This document shows, piece after piece, positions 63,841 to 64,000 of a stretch of 64,000 nucleotides of DNA; position 1 is the stretch's first letter, and every line of letters starts with the position of its first letter. This DNA is from Narcine bancroftii. Its lineage: Eukaryota. A model generated the notes under the pieces. It searched no databases, was not told the DNA's origin, and worked only from the letters and a program-made list of their open reading frames with translations. The position numbers were made by a program, and so were the translations under genes. The DNA lies in contig NC_091478.1 of NCBI RefSeq assembly GCF_036971445.1, forward strand, positions 32,302,001 through 32,366,000. Reading direction: 5' to 3'.

Positions 63841-64000
63841 CTGCAATAGTCAATGAAGGAAAATGGGAACAATAAGACCATAAGATGTAGGAGCAGAAAT
63901 AGGCCATTCAGCCTGTCCAGTTTTCTCTGCCATTCCACCCTGAGCTGATCCATTCTCTCCCTCAGCCCCATTCCCCTACCTTCTTCCCAAATCCTTTGAA

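Overview
Vertebrate genomic DNA, AT-rich and intron-rich, most likely from a cartilaginous fish. The taxon call is an inference from the repeat landscape: HE1/V-SINE-like SINEs, CR1, Rex1/Babar, RTE, L1 and Penelope fragments. The window holds the conserved gene block MYOF(-) / CEP55(+) / FFAR4(+) / RBP4(-). It contains the first three coding exons of myoferlin, a complete 8-coding-exon CEP55 (1338 nt, 445 aa), the last two coding exons of FFAR4/GPR120, and the last three coding exons of RBP4. Exons were reconstructed by hand from GT-AG boundaries, phase continuity and recalled human proteins. There is one 129-N gap just upstream of the CEP55 promoter. Most notable: (1) FFAR4 exons 2-3 are intact, but I find no first coding exon (TM1-4) in the gap-free 8 kb upstream, and they are phase-compatible with CEP55 donors; (2) young inverted RTE copies flank CEP55 exons 4-7, which total 642 nt and would form a stop-free circle; (3) an internally deleted 'half-L1'-like element with a target-site duplication (TSD); (4) a compound hAT MITE that recurs three times; (5) several template-switch fold-backs; (6) CEP55 has no S/T-P site, and RBP4 has two N-glycosylation sequons. 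No databases or alignments were run. Repeat family names and most repeat boundaries are approximate.
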